41,191 bases of DNA from a virus. The position numbers were made by a program, and so were the translations under genes. The stretch is taken from the IMG/VR virus record IMGVR_UViG_3300045988_036390; one strand, given 5' to 3'. Below, piece by piece: positions 6,796 to 15,498 of this stretch; the stretch's first letter is position 1; the number at the start of each line of letters is the position of its first letter. The notes beneath the pieces are model-generated. The model was not told the DNA's origin. It did not search any database and saw only the letters and a list, made by a program, of their open reading frames with translations.

Positions 6796-7184
6796 GTTGT
6801 CGCACCTCCTGTTGCCGCGTTAACTGCGGTAAGATTGTTGCTCGGAGAGCAACACGGGTTTCCGATCATGCGGAACGTTGCGCCCGTTGAGTTCGTGACA
6901 ACGATGGTGCTGTACTTCGTCCGCGTCCGCACTCCGCACGCTGTCACCTGTGCGCAGCAGCGGTTTGTCAGCGGAAATTGAGTTGTCCCCGTGCCGATGG
7001 TGAACACGACCGGCGCGTTGATCGTCGCCGTCGCGGGTATGGTCTGTGCCAACACGATACAGTATTTCCCGCCGTTGGTATAGCTGCCGTCCGGGAGGTT
7101 GACAACTACGTTGCCATCGGCAAACGTTATCGCTTGGCTGAGTATCAGCTTTGGGCAAAGCTGACATACGGGTTTACATGACAT
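6792..7184 (-). CDS. Hypothetical cargo protein, Cys/Thr-rich
   Basis: AAGGAGA RBS. MSCKPVCQLCPK..., paired Cys (RCCAQVTAC, NPCCSP). ATGA-type overlap with the next gene. Confidence 0.55.
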   Translation of the reverse strand: MSCKPVCQLCPKLILSQAITFADGNVVVNLPDGSYTNGGKYCIVLAQTIPATATINAPVVFTIGTGTTQFPLTNRCCAQVTACGVRTRTKYSTIVVTNSTGATFRMIGNPCCSPSNNLTAVNAATGGATT

Positions 7185-7234
7185 AGTAATCTCCTTTCAA
7201 GGGCGGGTTATCCCCGCCCCGATATCAGTTTTGC

Positions 7235-7960
7235 TTAATAGTTGCCGCAGCCGCCGCAACCGTTCGCGCCATACGAATAGGGGTTCTGCACCTGATACGC
7301 CGGTATGGGTGCAGGGCGCAGAGTGTTGACAAGGTAGTTATTCTGCGCCGCCTGAGACGCTGCGAGCTTCAGTGTGGAGTTCTCCGCCTCAAGCTCACGC
7401 AGTCGGTTGTTCGTGAGGAAGTTGAGAATTTCTCTCGTCCCCGCGTTCTGGTTGTCGGTTATGTCACGTGCTGCGTTCTGGATGGTGTTGCGCGTGTCGC
7501 AAGCCTGCGTTGCCATGTCATAGCGCACCTGCGCGATCGCCTGTCGGTTCTCGCAGCAACATTCCTGTGCCTGCATCTGCATGGCGTTAAGCTGCTGCAT
7601 AAGTGCCGCCTGCTGATTGCATCGGGCAAGCTCCGCCGCAGAGAATCCGCTCGTCACGGCCTGCGTCACACCGGCAAAGCCGTTAAGCATTCCAGTGTTC
7701 ATCGCGTAGAAGCCGTCACAAACGCCGTTGTTCACCGCGTCGATCTTGCGCTCAACGTTCGCAAAGTCGGAGGCAAGGACATAGCCATCGGCTACACCGC
7801 CGGAATTGCCGCCGCCGAAGCCATAGCCGCCGTTGCCCCAACCGAAGATCAGCGCGAAGATGATGATAGCCCACCATCCATCACCGCCGAACATTCCGCC
7901 GCGATTGGAATTACCGTCGCCCTGCCCGGCGAGAAATCCGCTCATAAAATCGTCTGCCAT
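7235..7960 (-). CDS. Hypothetical cargo protein: Gly-rich N-terminus with a TM helix, Gln/Cys-rich coiled coil, GCGGCGNY tail
   Basis: TAGGAGA RBS. GGDGWWAIIIFALIFGWGNGGYGFGGGNSGG, then QQLNAMQMQAQECCCENRQAIAQ...LRELEAENSTLKL. Confidence 0.6.
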   Translation of the reverse strand: MADDFMSGFLAGQGDGNSNRGGMFGGDGWWAIIIFALIFGWGNGGYGFGGGNSGGVADGYVLASDFANVERKIDAVNNGVCDGFYAMNTGMLNGFAGVTQAVTSGFSAAELARCNQQAALMQQLNAMQMQAQECCCENRQAIAQVRYDMATQACDTRNTIQNAARDITDNQNAGTREILNFLTNNRLRELEAENSTLKLAASQAAQNNYLVNTLRPAPIPAYQVQNPYSYGANGCGGCGNY

Positions 7961-8169
7961 AAAAAGTCTCCTATCAGTTTATTTACATCCGAGCCGTACG
8001 CTCTCGGTTGCATCCAGTGAGCGGCTTTTTGTCAAGATGCCGTGAACTGATAGAATATTTAATTGCAAGCTTGCCACAAGCCCGCCTTTATGCTATACTT
8101 ATTTATAGAAGAACTTACGTTCTTGCCGCTTACCTGTTCCGCTGCTGCAACAGCGGAGCGGGTTTTTAT

Positions 8170-8388
8170 TTACATCAAACCGATATTCTTAGCGACTTGC
8201 TCAACTGTCATGCCGCGATCTTTCGCCATGTTCTCGGCCATCTGTTTGAGCTGTTCCGGATTTTTCCCCTGTATCATGCTGTACGCTTGCTGCATTCGCG
8301 GATTCCTCCCCGCCATCTGCTGTATAAGCGTCATGGGATTGCCGCCGCTACGGGCAAGGTTTATCAGCCCTATCATTGGGTTATTCAT
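8170..8388 (-). CDS. Hypothetical cargo protein (72 aa, internal NP..QQM repeats)
   Basis: ACGGAGGG RBS. GGNPMTLIQQMAGRNPRMQQAYSMIQGKNPEQLKQMAENMAK. Confidence 0.5.
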   Translation of the reverse strand: MNNPMIGLINLARSGGNPMTLIQQMAGRNPRMQQAYSMIQGKNPEQLKQMAENMAKDRGMTVEQVAKNIGLM

Positions 8389-8755
8389 CGTCGTCTGCCC
8401 TCCGTTTCTTCTTAGGTGTCAACTCCGCCCGGAGCGCGTCAAGATCGGCTTTTGTCGCATACTCCACCGGTGCAGACTGTTCCGGTATATACCGCTGGAA
8501 CTCGAAAAAGTCGGATGATCCGGTCTGCTGGTTAAATCGCTTGAGATAGATCATGCCGTGCCCCAAGTCCGGCATTACGACACCAAGAGAGAAATAGTCC
8601 GTGCTCGTTGCTACGGCCTCCTCACGGCTTGTCACGGGCTTGCAGACGTACCCCGGCGGTGCTTGCTGTACCTGCTGCATAGGCCGCTGATAACCGCCGT
8701 AGAACTGCTGCTGTGGCTGTTGCGGGGGCTGTTGGTAATACTGTGGGTAATCCAT
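8381..8755 (-). CDS. Hypothetical cargo protein with a Gln/Pro/Tyr-rich N-terminus
   Basis: ORF track 8381..8788. The ATG at 8755 (MDYPQYYQQPPQQPQQQFYGGYQRPMQQVQQAPPGY) is preferred, because the ATG at 8788 abuts the terminator T-tract. Confidence 0.55.
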   Translation of the reverse strand: MDYPQYYQQPPQQPQQQFYGGYQRPMQQVQQAPPGYVCKPVTSREEAVATSTDYFSLGVVMPDLGHGMIYLKRFNQQTGSSDFFEFQRYIPEQSAPVEYATKADLDALRAELTPKKKRRADDDE

Positions 8756-8788
8756 TATGTCACGTCCTTTCTGCTGATATTCTCGCAT

Positions 8789-8821
8789 AAAAAAAGAGGG
8801 CTAACCCATCGGTTAGCCCTC
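8789..8821 (-). terminator. Strong rho-independent terminator upstream of the cargo block
   Basis: 11-bp stem GAGGGCTAACC/GGTTAGCCCTC with a 4-nt loop, followed by T7 on the minus strand. Confidence 0.8.
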
Positions 8822-8834
8822 ATCAACACATTAT

Positions 8835-9110
8835 TTAGCCATCAATCGCGGCAGCTATTTTGTTTTTTATGCTCCGTATACGGCGCTCGACTTTCTCGGT
8901 GCCGTACAGCTCGGTTTCCGTTTGAAGAGCAAAGGAAATTTGTAAGATGCTCATCCCCCGCGCCCTCATGCGGAATATGGTCAACTCCTCGTCGGTAAAG
9001 CCGCAGTCGCGTTCAAACTGCTCCCTTAGTGCTCTCGGAAATTGCAGCTTGTTCTTCTCCCCCGGCGTTATCAGACTGGTTTTTATTTCTGCTGTTGTCG
9101 TTAGCCTCAC
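8835..9110 (-). CDS. Small HTH protein (sigma region-4/LuxR-like)
   Basis: FTDEELTIFRMRARGMSILQISFAL...VERRIRSIKNKI. The GTG start is not supported by an obvious RBS. It overlaps ORF 9013..9204 by 98 nt in another frame. Confidence 0.45.
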   Translation of the reverse strand: MRLTTTAEIKTSLITPGEKNKLQFPRALREQFERDCGFTDEELTIFRMRARGMSILQISFALQTETELYGTEKVERRIRSIKNKIAAAIDG

Positions 9111-9204
9111 TTCCTATGTACGCATTATATAGCATGTCTACAAGGTTTGCTGATCGCTGGTTCAGCCCATTCAAGCGGCAGAAATCTTTCACGGATTCTT
9201 TCAT
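9013..9204 (-). CDS. Hypothetical ORF, possibly the N-terminal part of the downstream HTH gene
   Basis: Strong RBS (cGGAGGacagATG). The 63-aa product becomes low-complexity toward its end. Confidence 0.4.
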   Translation of the reverse strand: MKESVKDFCRLNGLNQRSANLVDMLYNAYIGSEANDNSRNKNQSDNAGGEEQAAISESTKGAV

Positions 9205-9293
9205 CTGTCCTCCGTTTTTGTCGGTTTACAAGGATTTTTCTGTTTGCGCCCACGTAGGCACGCAAGTCTTTGACCGCACGCGGCGCGCGATTG

Positions 9294-9500
9294 TTATTCT
9301 TTGGTCTTATTGTACTCAGCTGTAGATATGCCGATGACCGCGCCCGCAAGGACACAGACGGCGCTGATGACCTGCGCGACAGTACCGGGGTCATACCAGC
9401 CGAACAGCGGTGCGACGGTGCTGTAAAACGTGCTGACGGCGGGCAGGACAATGACTACCAGCCACTTGAGAACATCGTATACTTTGTTGGAAAGCTTCAT
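9294..9500 (-). CDS. Holin (Dp-1/LL-H-like)
   Basis: 68 aa. YDVLKWLVVIVLPAVSTFYSTVAPLFGW and VISAVCVLAGAVIGIS give two TM helices. The pattern matches Dp-1-type holins. Confidence 0.7.
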   Translation of the reverse strand: MKLSNKVYDVLKWLVVIVLPAVSTFYSTVAPLFGWYDPGTVAQVISAVCVLAGAVIGISTAEYNKTKE

Positions 9501-9509
9501 ATTATTACC

Positions 9510-9917
9510 TCATTTCAAAAAATCGTTTTTCTTCAAACGTCCATCATAGACGTTTTTAAGATACTGAATTGTGTGTGTAGCGCGGTTGTTTTCATAATTC
9601 GGATGCGTGTCGCAATAGTCTTCGTACCGGTCTATATCGAGCAGGATATCAATCCAGTGCTCTTCCGTGTGAAGAATCTCACGCCGGACTTCATCACCAA
9701 AGCGCAGAATACGGCTGCGGGATTCATCCGCCTTTGCCGCCGCATCCCGCTGAATATGCTGTTCGAGTTTGGTATCAAGACTGGTAAGCTTGGCTATGAC
9801 CTGATTGTTTGCCTCATCTCGCTCTTTTTTGCTGTTTCTGCGCGCAAGGATAAGCGAGAAGATACCGGCAATTATGGCCGCGCCGCACGATGTGATAAAC
9901 GCTTTTAAAATTTCCAT
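9510..9917 (-). CDS. Membrane-anchored protein of the lysis cassette (N-terminal TM helix, function unknown)
   Basis: 135 aa. ITSCGAAIIAGIFSLILA is a TM helix. It lies between the endolysin and the holin. Confidence 0.55.
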   Translation of the reverse strand: MEILKAFITSCGAAIIAGIFSLILARRNSKKERDEANNQVIAKLTSLDTKLEQHIQRDAAAKADESRSRILRFGDEVRREILHTEEHWIDILLDIDRYEDYCDTHPNYENNRATHTIQYLKNVYDGRLKKNDFLK

Positions 9918-9966
9918 TTCTTTTCCTCGTCTATATGTTTTGGGAGTTGCGCTGTTATCTCATGCG

Positions 9967-10668
9967 TTATCGCCTCCCCACTATGCTCTTGTACGTGGCC
10001 GCGCCGCAGATGCCGTCAGCCTCAAGGCCGTGCTCCGCCTGATAGGCCATGAGCATGTTGCGCGTCCTGGTTCCGAACTCGCCATCTATCCACTTTGGAT
10101 CATAGCCGAGATACTTCAGAGCCGCCTGAAGCATCGCAACAACCACGCCGGTCTGGCCGTCCTCCAGCATGGGCAGCTCGACAGTGACATAGCGTGTCGG
10201 CTTCTTTGTGGCCGGCACCGTGTCCGGTTCTGCGCCCGTGTACCGCAGCACGCAGTCCCAAGGATAGTTATAGTACCCGCGCGTGTATATCTCGCGCCCG
10301 GTCTGGTCGCCGGTCTGCCCTCCGGTCGTAGTGCCGTACTCGTTGATGCTTGCTTGCACTATCTGCCCGCCGCCTATATACAGGGCGGTGTGATGGACGT
10401 GGTTCAAAAGAACGTCGCCGCGCTCAAGCCCCGTGCCGGTGCCGAGGTCGACACTGCCGGTCACGTCCTCGAAGCCGCACCTCAGCATATCCCCGCGCAT
10501 ATTTCCCGTATATGTGCAGCTGAGGGGCAGTCCCGCTCTCTTGAAGCAGTCTATTACAAGGCTGCTGCAGTCGTAGTCAGGCCCCCAGCGGTTGGCCTGG
10601 TCGTAGCCGTGGCTGTCGTCCGCTGCTATCTCCAGTGCGCGGGCCACGGCGTTGTCAATGATTCCCAT
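9967..10668 (-). CDS. Endolysin: NlpC/P60- or Amidase_5-like cysteine peptidase plus a C-terminal PG_binding_1 domain
   Basis: GYDQANRWGPDYDCSSLV...HTALYIGGG gives a Cys/His peptidase pattern. The C-terminal LQAALKYLGYDPKWIDGEFGTRTRNMLMAYQAEHGLEADGICGAATY is a peptidoglycan-binding repeat. Confidence 0.85.
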   Translation of the reverse strand: MGIIDNAVARALEIAADDSHGYDQANRWGPDYDCSSLVIDCFKRAGLPLSCTYTGNMRGDMLRCGFEDVTGSVDLGTGTGLERGDVLLNHVHHTALYIGGGQIVQASINEYGTTTGGQTGDQTGREIYTRGYYNYPWDCVLRYTGAEPDTVPATKKPTRYVTVELPMLEDGQTGVVVAMLQAALKYLGYDPKWIDGEFGTRTRNMLMAYQAEHGLEADGICGAATYKSIVGRR

Positions 10669-10678
10669 GGTGTCCTCC

Positions 10679-10783
10679 TCATGTTACTGTCGTAAATCTT
10701 AAGAGCAGCCACCCTGTCGGGTCTACGCTCTCACGTGCGTCTTCCGTCAGCAAGCCGCTGTCGGTCTTATCGTCGTCAGGCAT
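10679..10783 (-). CDS. Possible small ORF (34 aa) between the fibre-region gene and the endolysin
   Basis: Own translation: MPDDDKTDSGLLTEDARESVDPTGWLLLRFTTVT. GGAGGTG lies 7 nt upstream. No other support. Confidence 0.25.
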   Translation of the reverse strand: MPDDDKTDSGLLTEDARESVDPTGWLLLRFTTVT

Positions 10784-11186
10784 CACTCGTCACCTCCGTC
10801 CATCCATATACGCCGGGTTCCCATACATTGTTGTCTATCGTGCTTATCCATATCTTTCCGTTGTGCTTGACCTTGTCGCCCTTGGCGTAGGGGTTAGTGC
10901 TGCTCGGCTGCTCCCAATCGGGTATCTCACCCGGCGTGGGTATCAGTACCTTTGCCCAAAGCGACGGTGCATCCGTGGGTGTCCATGTGCTCTGCGATGT
11001 GTGAGCTTGCAGGCATTTATAAAGTGCGCCGCCGTACATTACTCTGTCGCCTGCGACGTAGCTTACTCCGTCCCCACTCCAAGCGGGGTAAATAAGCGGC
11101 ACTGTCAGTGCCTGTTCATCCGTCAGCATCGCTCCCGCGCCATTGATAGCCGCGCGGAGCTTTTGTGCATTGCTGAGATAGCTCAT
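10776..11186 (-). CDS. Carbohydrate-binding-like protein (two CBM5/12-like repeats)
   Basis: YVAGDRVMYGGALYKCLQAHTSQSTWTPTDAPSLW and YAKGDKVKHNGKIWISTIDNNVWEPGVYGW. Confidence 0.5.
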   Translation of the reverse strand: MSYLSNAQKLRAAINGAGAMLTDEQALTVPLIYPAWSGDGVSYVAGDRVMYGGALYKCLQAHTSQSTWTPTDAPSLWAKVLIPTPGEIPDWEQPSSTNPYAKGDKVKHNGKIWISTIDNNVWEPGVYGWTEVTSDA

Positions 11187-11323
11187 TCGTTGCCCTCCTC
11201 TTCGTCGGTGACACCTAACGCAGCGAGTGCGGCGCGCATGTCCTCAACTTCAGCAGAGCTACCGCCCTGCTTTATCTCCGCGATTTTGGCAAGGATGACA
11301 TTCTTCCGTTCTTCTATCGTCAT
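11183..11323 (-). CDS. Small hypothetical protein (46 aa)
   Basis: Own translation: MTIEERKNVILAKIAEIKQGGSSAEVEDMRAALAALGVTDEEEGNE. ATGA overlap with the next gene. Confidence 0.35.
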   Translation of the reverse strand: MTIEERKNVILAKIAEIKQGGSSAEVEDMRAALAALGVTDEEEGNE

Positions 11324-11330
11324 TCAGCAT

Positions 11331-11624
11331 TCACCCCCCCAGCGCTACCTCTATCTCCGATAAAGCCGCTTCATACTGTGTATTCTGTGCTGTCACATAC
11401 GCCGTCTGCGTCACGTATGCTTCGCCCAGATCCTTCCACGGTGCCATCATCTCGCCCCGGAACATCTCTCCGTTTTCCTTCACCCACGTCTCGCCCGCCG
11501 GGACGAAGCGGTAGCTCTCTATCCATTCCGGGCATTTGCCATTGAAGTCGTTGACCTCAATTGCTCTGCGTCCGTCAGATGCGGAGACGTAACACTTATA
11601 ATCGCTGTCTATGTAGATTGTCAT
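11331..11624 (-). CDS. Hypothetical protein (tail-fibre region)
   Basis: ORF track 11331..11639. The ATG at 11624 follows GAGGGGG. Confidence 0.5.
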   Translation of the reverse strand: MTIYIDSDYKCYVSASDGRRAIEVNDFNGKCPEWIESYRFVPAGETWVKENGEMFRGEMMAPWKDLGEAYVTQTAYVTAQNTQYEAALSEIEVALGG

Positions 11625-11635
11625 GCTGCGCCCCC

Positions 11636-12334
11636 TCATTCGAGCCAGATGTTATAGATTTTGCCGGCAGAATATGATCCTACGACTTTAATGTACTCCG
11701 AGTCTGTCAGCGCCGATATATCGCACTGCACTGTATTCCGGGCAATTGTGCCCTGCGCAACGCTGGTGACCTTTGCTGTCCAGTTCGTATTTGTGAGCAT
11801 AAGGCCGGAAGCGGCATCCGTACCGACGCCAAATCCCATGCCGTAATCTCCGCCCCAGTTGTAGGAACACTCAAAATCGACACACAATTTTGTGTAGTCC
11901 TTCAACACAACAGCGGGTTTAATGTGCACAGATATGCCGCCGCTGCTGGAGTTGCCGGACCAACTGATTGTGTCACTTGAAACTGTCGGCGCAGAAGTTA
12001 TGTTGTTGCTGACGCTTTCAATCGAGTACCCGGACGTCAGCCCCGATCCATTTTTAAAGATATAGAGCCCATACGTCAGCGTCACAGTCTCAACCTGTCC
12101 CTCAGCTGTGATGCTCACGGCCTTGCTCTTGCTCTTGCTGCCGCTGACCGCCTTGACCGTCCACGTTCCGGCGGAGGGGATAATAAACATCGCCTTGCCG
12201 CTCGTGTCCTTGGTCGTCAGCGTTTTGCTACCGTTAGAACATGTGCAAATTGAACCGGCTGGATATGTGACGCCTATGACGGCAAAGATCTTGTTACCGC
12301 TGCCGCCCCTGCGCGTTATAAAAGCTTCACCCAT
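11636..12334 (-). CDS. Hypothetical tail fibre / receptor-binding candidate
   Basis: 232-aa ORF. The assignment rests on position only. Confidence 0.45.
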   Translation of the reverse strand: MGEAFITRRGGSGNKIFAVIGVTYPAGSICTCSNGSKTLTTKDTSGKAMFIIPSAGTWTVKAVSGSKSKSKAVSITAEGQVETVTLTYGLYIFKNGSGLTSGYSIESVSNNITSAPTVSSDTISWSGNSSSGGISVHIKPAVVLKDYTKLCVDFECSYNWGGDYGMGFGVGTDAASGLMLTNTNWTAKVTSVAQGTIARNTVQCDISALTDSEYIKVVGSYSAGKIYNIWLE

Positions 12335-13308
12335 TACTTTCTCACCACCTTAATTTGAATGGCGATATCAACAGTCGGTTTTTCTGCCGCATAGACCGTG
12401 AGTTTATTTTCAGCCGTGACCATTCGATAAATGTTCGCAAATGCTTCGATTTCAGTTTCTGCGGTCTCGAAAGCGCTTGATGCGATCATGTCAACGAAAG
12501 GATTGTCATCGGCGGTCAGGCCGGTTACAGTGACATCGTTTGTGTATGGTGTCGCGTCGCCCGTCCATCCCGCGGCGGTTATCGTTGCGGTAAAAGTCTG
12601 TGACACTGCGCCGTCTGCAATCTTAGGTGCCGTCACAGAGCCGTTTGCAAGGCTATCAGCACCAATGCTCCCCGCGGTTATGCCACCGGTTGCATTGGTG
12701 ATACCGCGTCCGTTGCCGCCATTGACTATGATCGTTGCGATGGGGACGGTCACTGCTGCCGTCGGCTTTTCTTTAGCCCATATCTCAAGATAACCGTCAA
12801 AGGAGAATGACAGCGGTGCAAAATTTCCGCTCACTGCGTCGCTCTGGCTGAATGCCACAATCGGGAAATCATCGCCCGTCGCGCCGCTGACCGTGATCTG
12901 TGCTTTATAGCTGTATCCCGCGAGGGATGAGGTATCCTGCGTCCACGCCGATACAGCTATCACCTGATTCTCGACGTATCGTGCGGAGATATCCGCCGCG
13001 CGGATTTGACCGTAGTTCAGCCACTCGCTGCGCAGGCCGTCGAAGATGTACAGGTTATAAGGCGTTGTCGTGCCCACGCTGTAAGCGTCGCCGACATTCT
13101 GCGGTGCAGATGCTTGCAGCGCGGCAACTGTATCGAAATGCCCTAATATTTTGAGATTGCTGCCGAACGGCACAGCGCCGATGTTCTCGCGTGCCTGAGC
13201 TTTCTGAGATTCAGACAGCTCCTGTTCAGCGTTGAATCTGACCGCGCCCGTCCATGTATCTTCCATTTCTTGAGCCAGAAGCGAACTACGGAAGTATTCT
13301 ATTGCCAT
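12334..13308 (-). CDS. Tail fibre-like protein
   Basis: ORF track 12334..13341. The ATG at 13308 follows GGTGGA and avoids overlap with the upstream gene. The assignment rests on position only. Confidence 0.5.
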   Translation of the reverse strand: MAIEYFRSSLLAQEMEDTWTGAVRFNAEQELSESQKAQARENIGAVPFGSNLKILGHFDTVAALQASAPQNVGDAYSVGTTTPYNLYIFDGLRSEWLNYGQIRAADISARYVENQVIAVSAWTQDTSSLAGYSYKAQITVSGATGDDFPIVAFSQSDAVSGNFAPLSFSFDGYLEIWAKEKPTAAVTVPIATIIVNGGNGRGITNATGGITAGSIGADSLANGSVTAPKIADGAVSQTFTATITAAGWTGDATPYTNDVTVTGLTADDNPFVDMIASSAFETAETEIEAFANIYRMVTAENKLTVYAAEKPTVDIAIQIKVVRK

Positions 13309-13319
13309 GTTTCCACCGC

Positions 13320-15494
13320 CTAATAGTAGATTATGAGGCATCCCTTATAACCGGCGGTTCCGGCACTCCCTTTGCCGCCTTTACCGGGGATGTTAGATTC
13401 TTCTTGCGTGTACGTGGCTATGAGTACATTGTAAACGTCATTCCACCAGTAATGATTTGACGCTCCGCCGCCGCCGCCACCACCGGAACCGCCGTTTCCG
13501 CCTGAGCCGTAAAGCTCAGTAGTTGGCAAAGCCATAGTAGCATCTGCGCCATCGCCGCCTGTAGGCCATTCAAAGTCCTCGTTTCCGCCTGTGAGGTCTG
13601 TTGCATCATGGCCATTCGCTCCGGCAGCAGCTCCGCCGCCGCCGTTTCCGCCAAAGCGCCACGTCATATTTTCGTGATATGCGGTCGAATAGCTCCGCGC
13701 TCTGACGGCCTGCATCTTTCCGCCCTTGCCGCCCTTATATGTGACGCCGTTATACACAAGATCGCCGCCGTCTGTGGCTCTTTGCGGCGATGCGCCTATA
13801 GCCGGATTACATCCACCGTTGCCGCCGTCAGCGCCGGAAACGCCGTCGTTTCCGGGCAGCGCATAGACCGCGCCGGAAAACAGTTCAACAAATCCAGAGC
13901 TTGAAGCACTGCCGTTTGCCGACGAATAAATATCATCGGCTGCGTAAAGCACGGTTGCGCCGTCTATGTTCTTATAGCGGATGAACGCAAGGTTTGTGCA
14001 GTCGATAGTCACAGAATACACCTTGCCGCCTGCGCCACCCTTGCCACCTTTACCGCCTTTTCCGCCTTTTCCGCCCTCGCTGTCATTGCCGTATCCGCCT
14101 GTTTCGCCATCTTCACCGGTCGCGCCGTCTGAACCGCGGCCAATCAAGACGCAGCGAATTTGTGGGGCATCTTTTTGAAAAACGCTGTCCGGGATATCCC
14201 ATCGCTGTTCTGCGTCTGTCAGCTCGAGAACCGCACGGCGGGCGAACGATGATCCTCCGGCAGCAGGCGTGTAATTCGCGATAAAATCACACTCTGCACG
14301 CCGAAATGATGATGTGTTCGTAAGCATTCTCGAAAGAAACCCTATCATTTTTTCTTTGAACGGATTTTCGATATTATATCTGCGCCCAACACGTTCTTCG
14401 TCAACGACTATCGCTTGTGTGACAACTGTTGTGTTGAAATAATAGCTGCTGATTCGCGCAAGGCAGTTTTCGCTATTTGCTGTTGTTATCAGTGTCGCGT
14501 CTTTTACAGTGACGACCTTTTCAATACGCGCATCGGAATTTTCTTCGACAAGTAGCTTCGTGTTATGGACATACGGCTTGCCCGTGAGTATGCCGGAGCC
14601 TTGAATGATTGCGTAATTCGTGCCCTTTTCGGAGATAGTCATGTCACCCGACGCGGTGATAGAATCCGGGTATATTGGATGGTCAAAAGTCACTGTGGTC
14701 TGCGCTAATGACTTGCCTTGAGTGTCGTATAGCGTCTCTTCTTCCGTGCTCGACAGATAATGATAGCTATGCTCGGTCACTTCAACACGGCTTGCCGTGT
14801 CACCGTACTTTATCGAACCACTGTCAAAGATTCGGCCTCGCGGAATGTCGTATGTGTCACGCGCGCTCGGGAAAACAAAAAGCATCTTCCCCGCGTCGGA
14901 TTTGGATATGATCACGCCATACGCAACAAGGAGCTGATGCAGGTTGTTCCGACGCGTGTCATACGGCAGCCAACCATAAACCTGTTGTGAAGCAACTTCC
15001 GGATCAATTTCGTATTCGTATTCCGTGCCGAGAATTTCGGCAAGTACCACGTCGAATCTTTGGCCAGTATATACGCCGCCAACGTGCCGCTGGTTGTCCA
15101 TCATCCCGACCGCCGAAACACAGTTAAATTTAAAGAGATCGCCGCTCTCCCTTGTCACCGATTCACAGTAAAACACCCCCGTCTGGCGCCCGTCATTGAA
15201 AAACCTCGTCGGCGTTCCATAGGGGACATCACGAATGTCATAATTCCATTTGCTGCATATAATTTTCCCGTCAGCAGACAGAATCCCGTCATAAACATTA
15301 TTGTCTTGAGGGAGTATCTGGTATCTGACATAAAGGGCATATCTGACGGTCGGCATGAATTGATCTATATACAGCTCTTCGCCAACAGCAGATATGCCTG
15401 TTTCTTCGAGAACTTCTTTTATGGCGTCGTTCTCAAATGTTAAAATTGGTGATTCGACGTCACCAATTACAATCTTATTCGGAATTGCAAACAT
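13320..15494 (-). CDS. Large tail-tip protein with a glycine-rich C-terminal half
   Basis: 724 aa, located downstream of the tape measure. Contains GGKGGKGGKGGKGGAGG, GGNGGGGAAAGANG and GSGGNGGSGGGGGGGA. Confidence 0.65.
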   Translation of the reverse strand: MFAIPNKIVIGDVESPILTFENDAIKEVLEETGISAVGEELYIDQFMPTVRYALYVRYQILPQDNNVYDGILSADGKIICSKWNYDIRDVPYGTPTRFFNDGRQTGVFYCESVTRESGDLFKFNCVSAVGMMDNQRHVGGVYTGQRFDVVLAEILGTEYEYEIDPEVASQQVYGWLPYDTRRNNLHQLLVAYGVIISKSDAGKMLFVFPSARDTYDIPRGRIFDSGSIKYGDTASRVEVTEHSYHYLSSTEEETLYDTQGKSLAQTTVTFDHPIYPDSITASGDMTISEKGTNYAIIQGSGILTGKPYVHNTKLLVEENSDARIEKVVTVKDATLITTANSENCLARISSYYFNTTVVTQAIVVDEERVGRRYNIENPFKEKMIGFLSRMLTNTSSFRRAECDFIANYTPAAGGSSFARRAVLELTDAEQRWDIPDSVFQKDAPQIRCVLIGRGSDGATGEDGETGGYGNDSEGGKGGKGGKGGKGGAGGKVYSVTIDCTNLAFIRYKNIDGATVLYAADDIYSSANGSASSSGFVELFSGAVYALPGNDGVSGADGGNGGCNPAIGASPQRATDGGDLVYNGVTYKGGKGGKMQAVRARSYSTAYHENMTWRFGGNGGGGAAAGANGHDATDLTGGNEDFEWPTGGDGADATMALPTTELYGSGGNGGSGGGGGGGASNHYWWNDVYNVLIATYTQEESNIPGKGGKGSAGTAGYKGCLIIYY

Positions 15495-15498
15495 CGAA

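Noticed and set aside
13981-14178. Proline-rich plus-strand ORF (PPLPPLPPFPP)
   Set aside because: It is the reverse complement of the GGK/GGN glycine-rich repeats of the tail protein gene.
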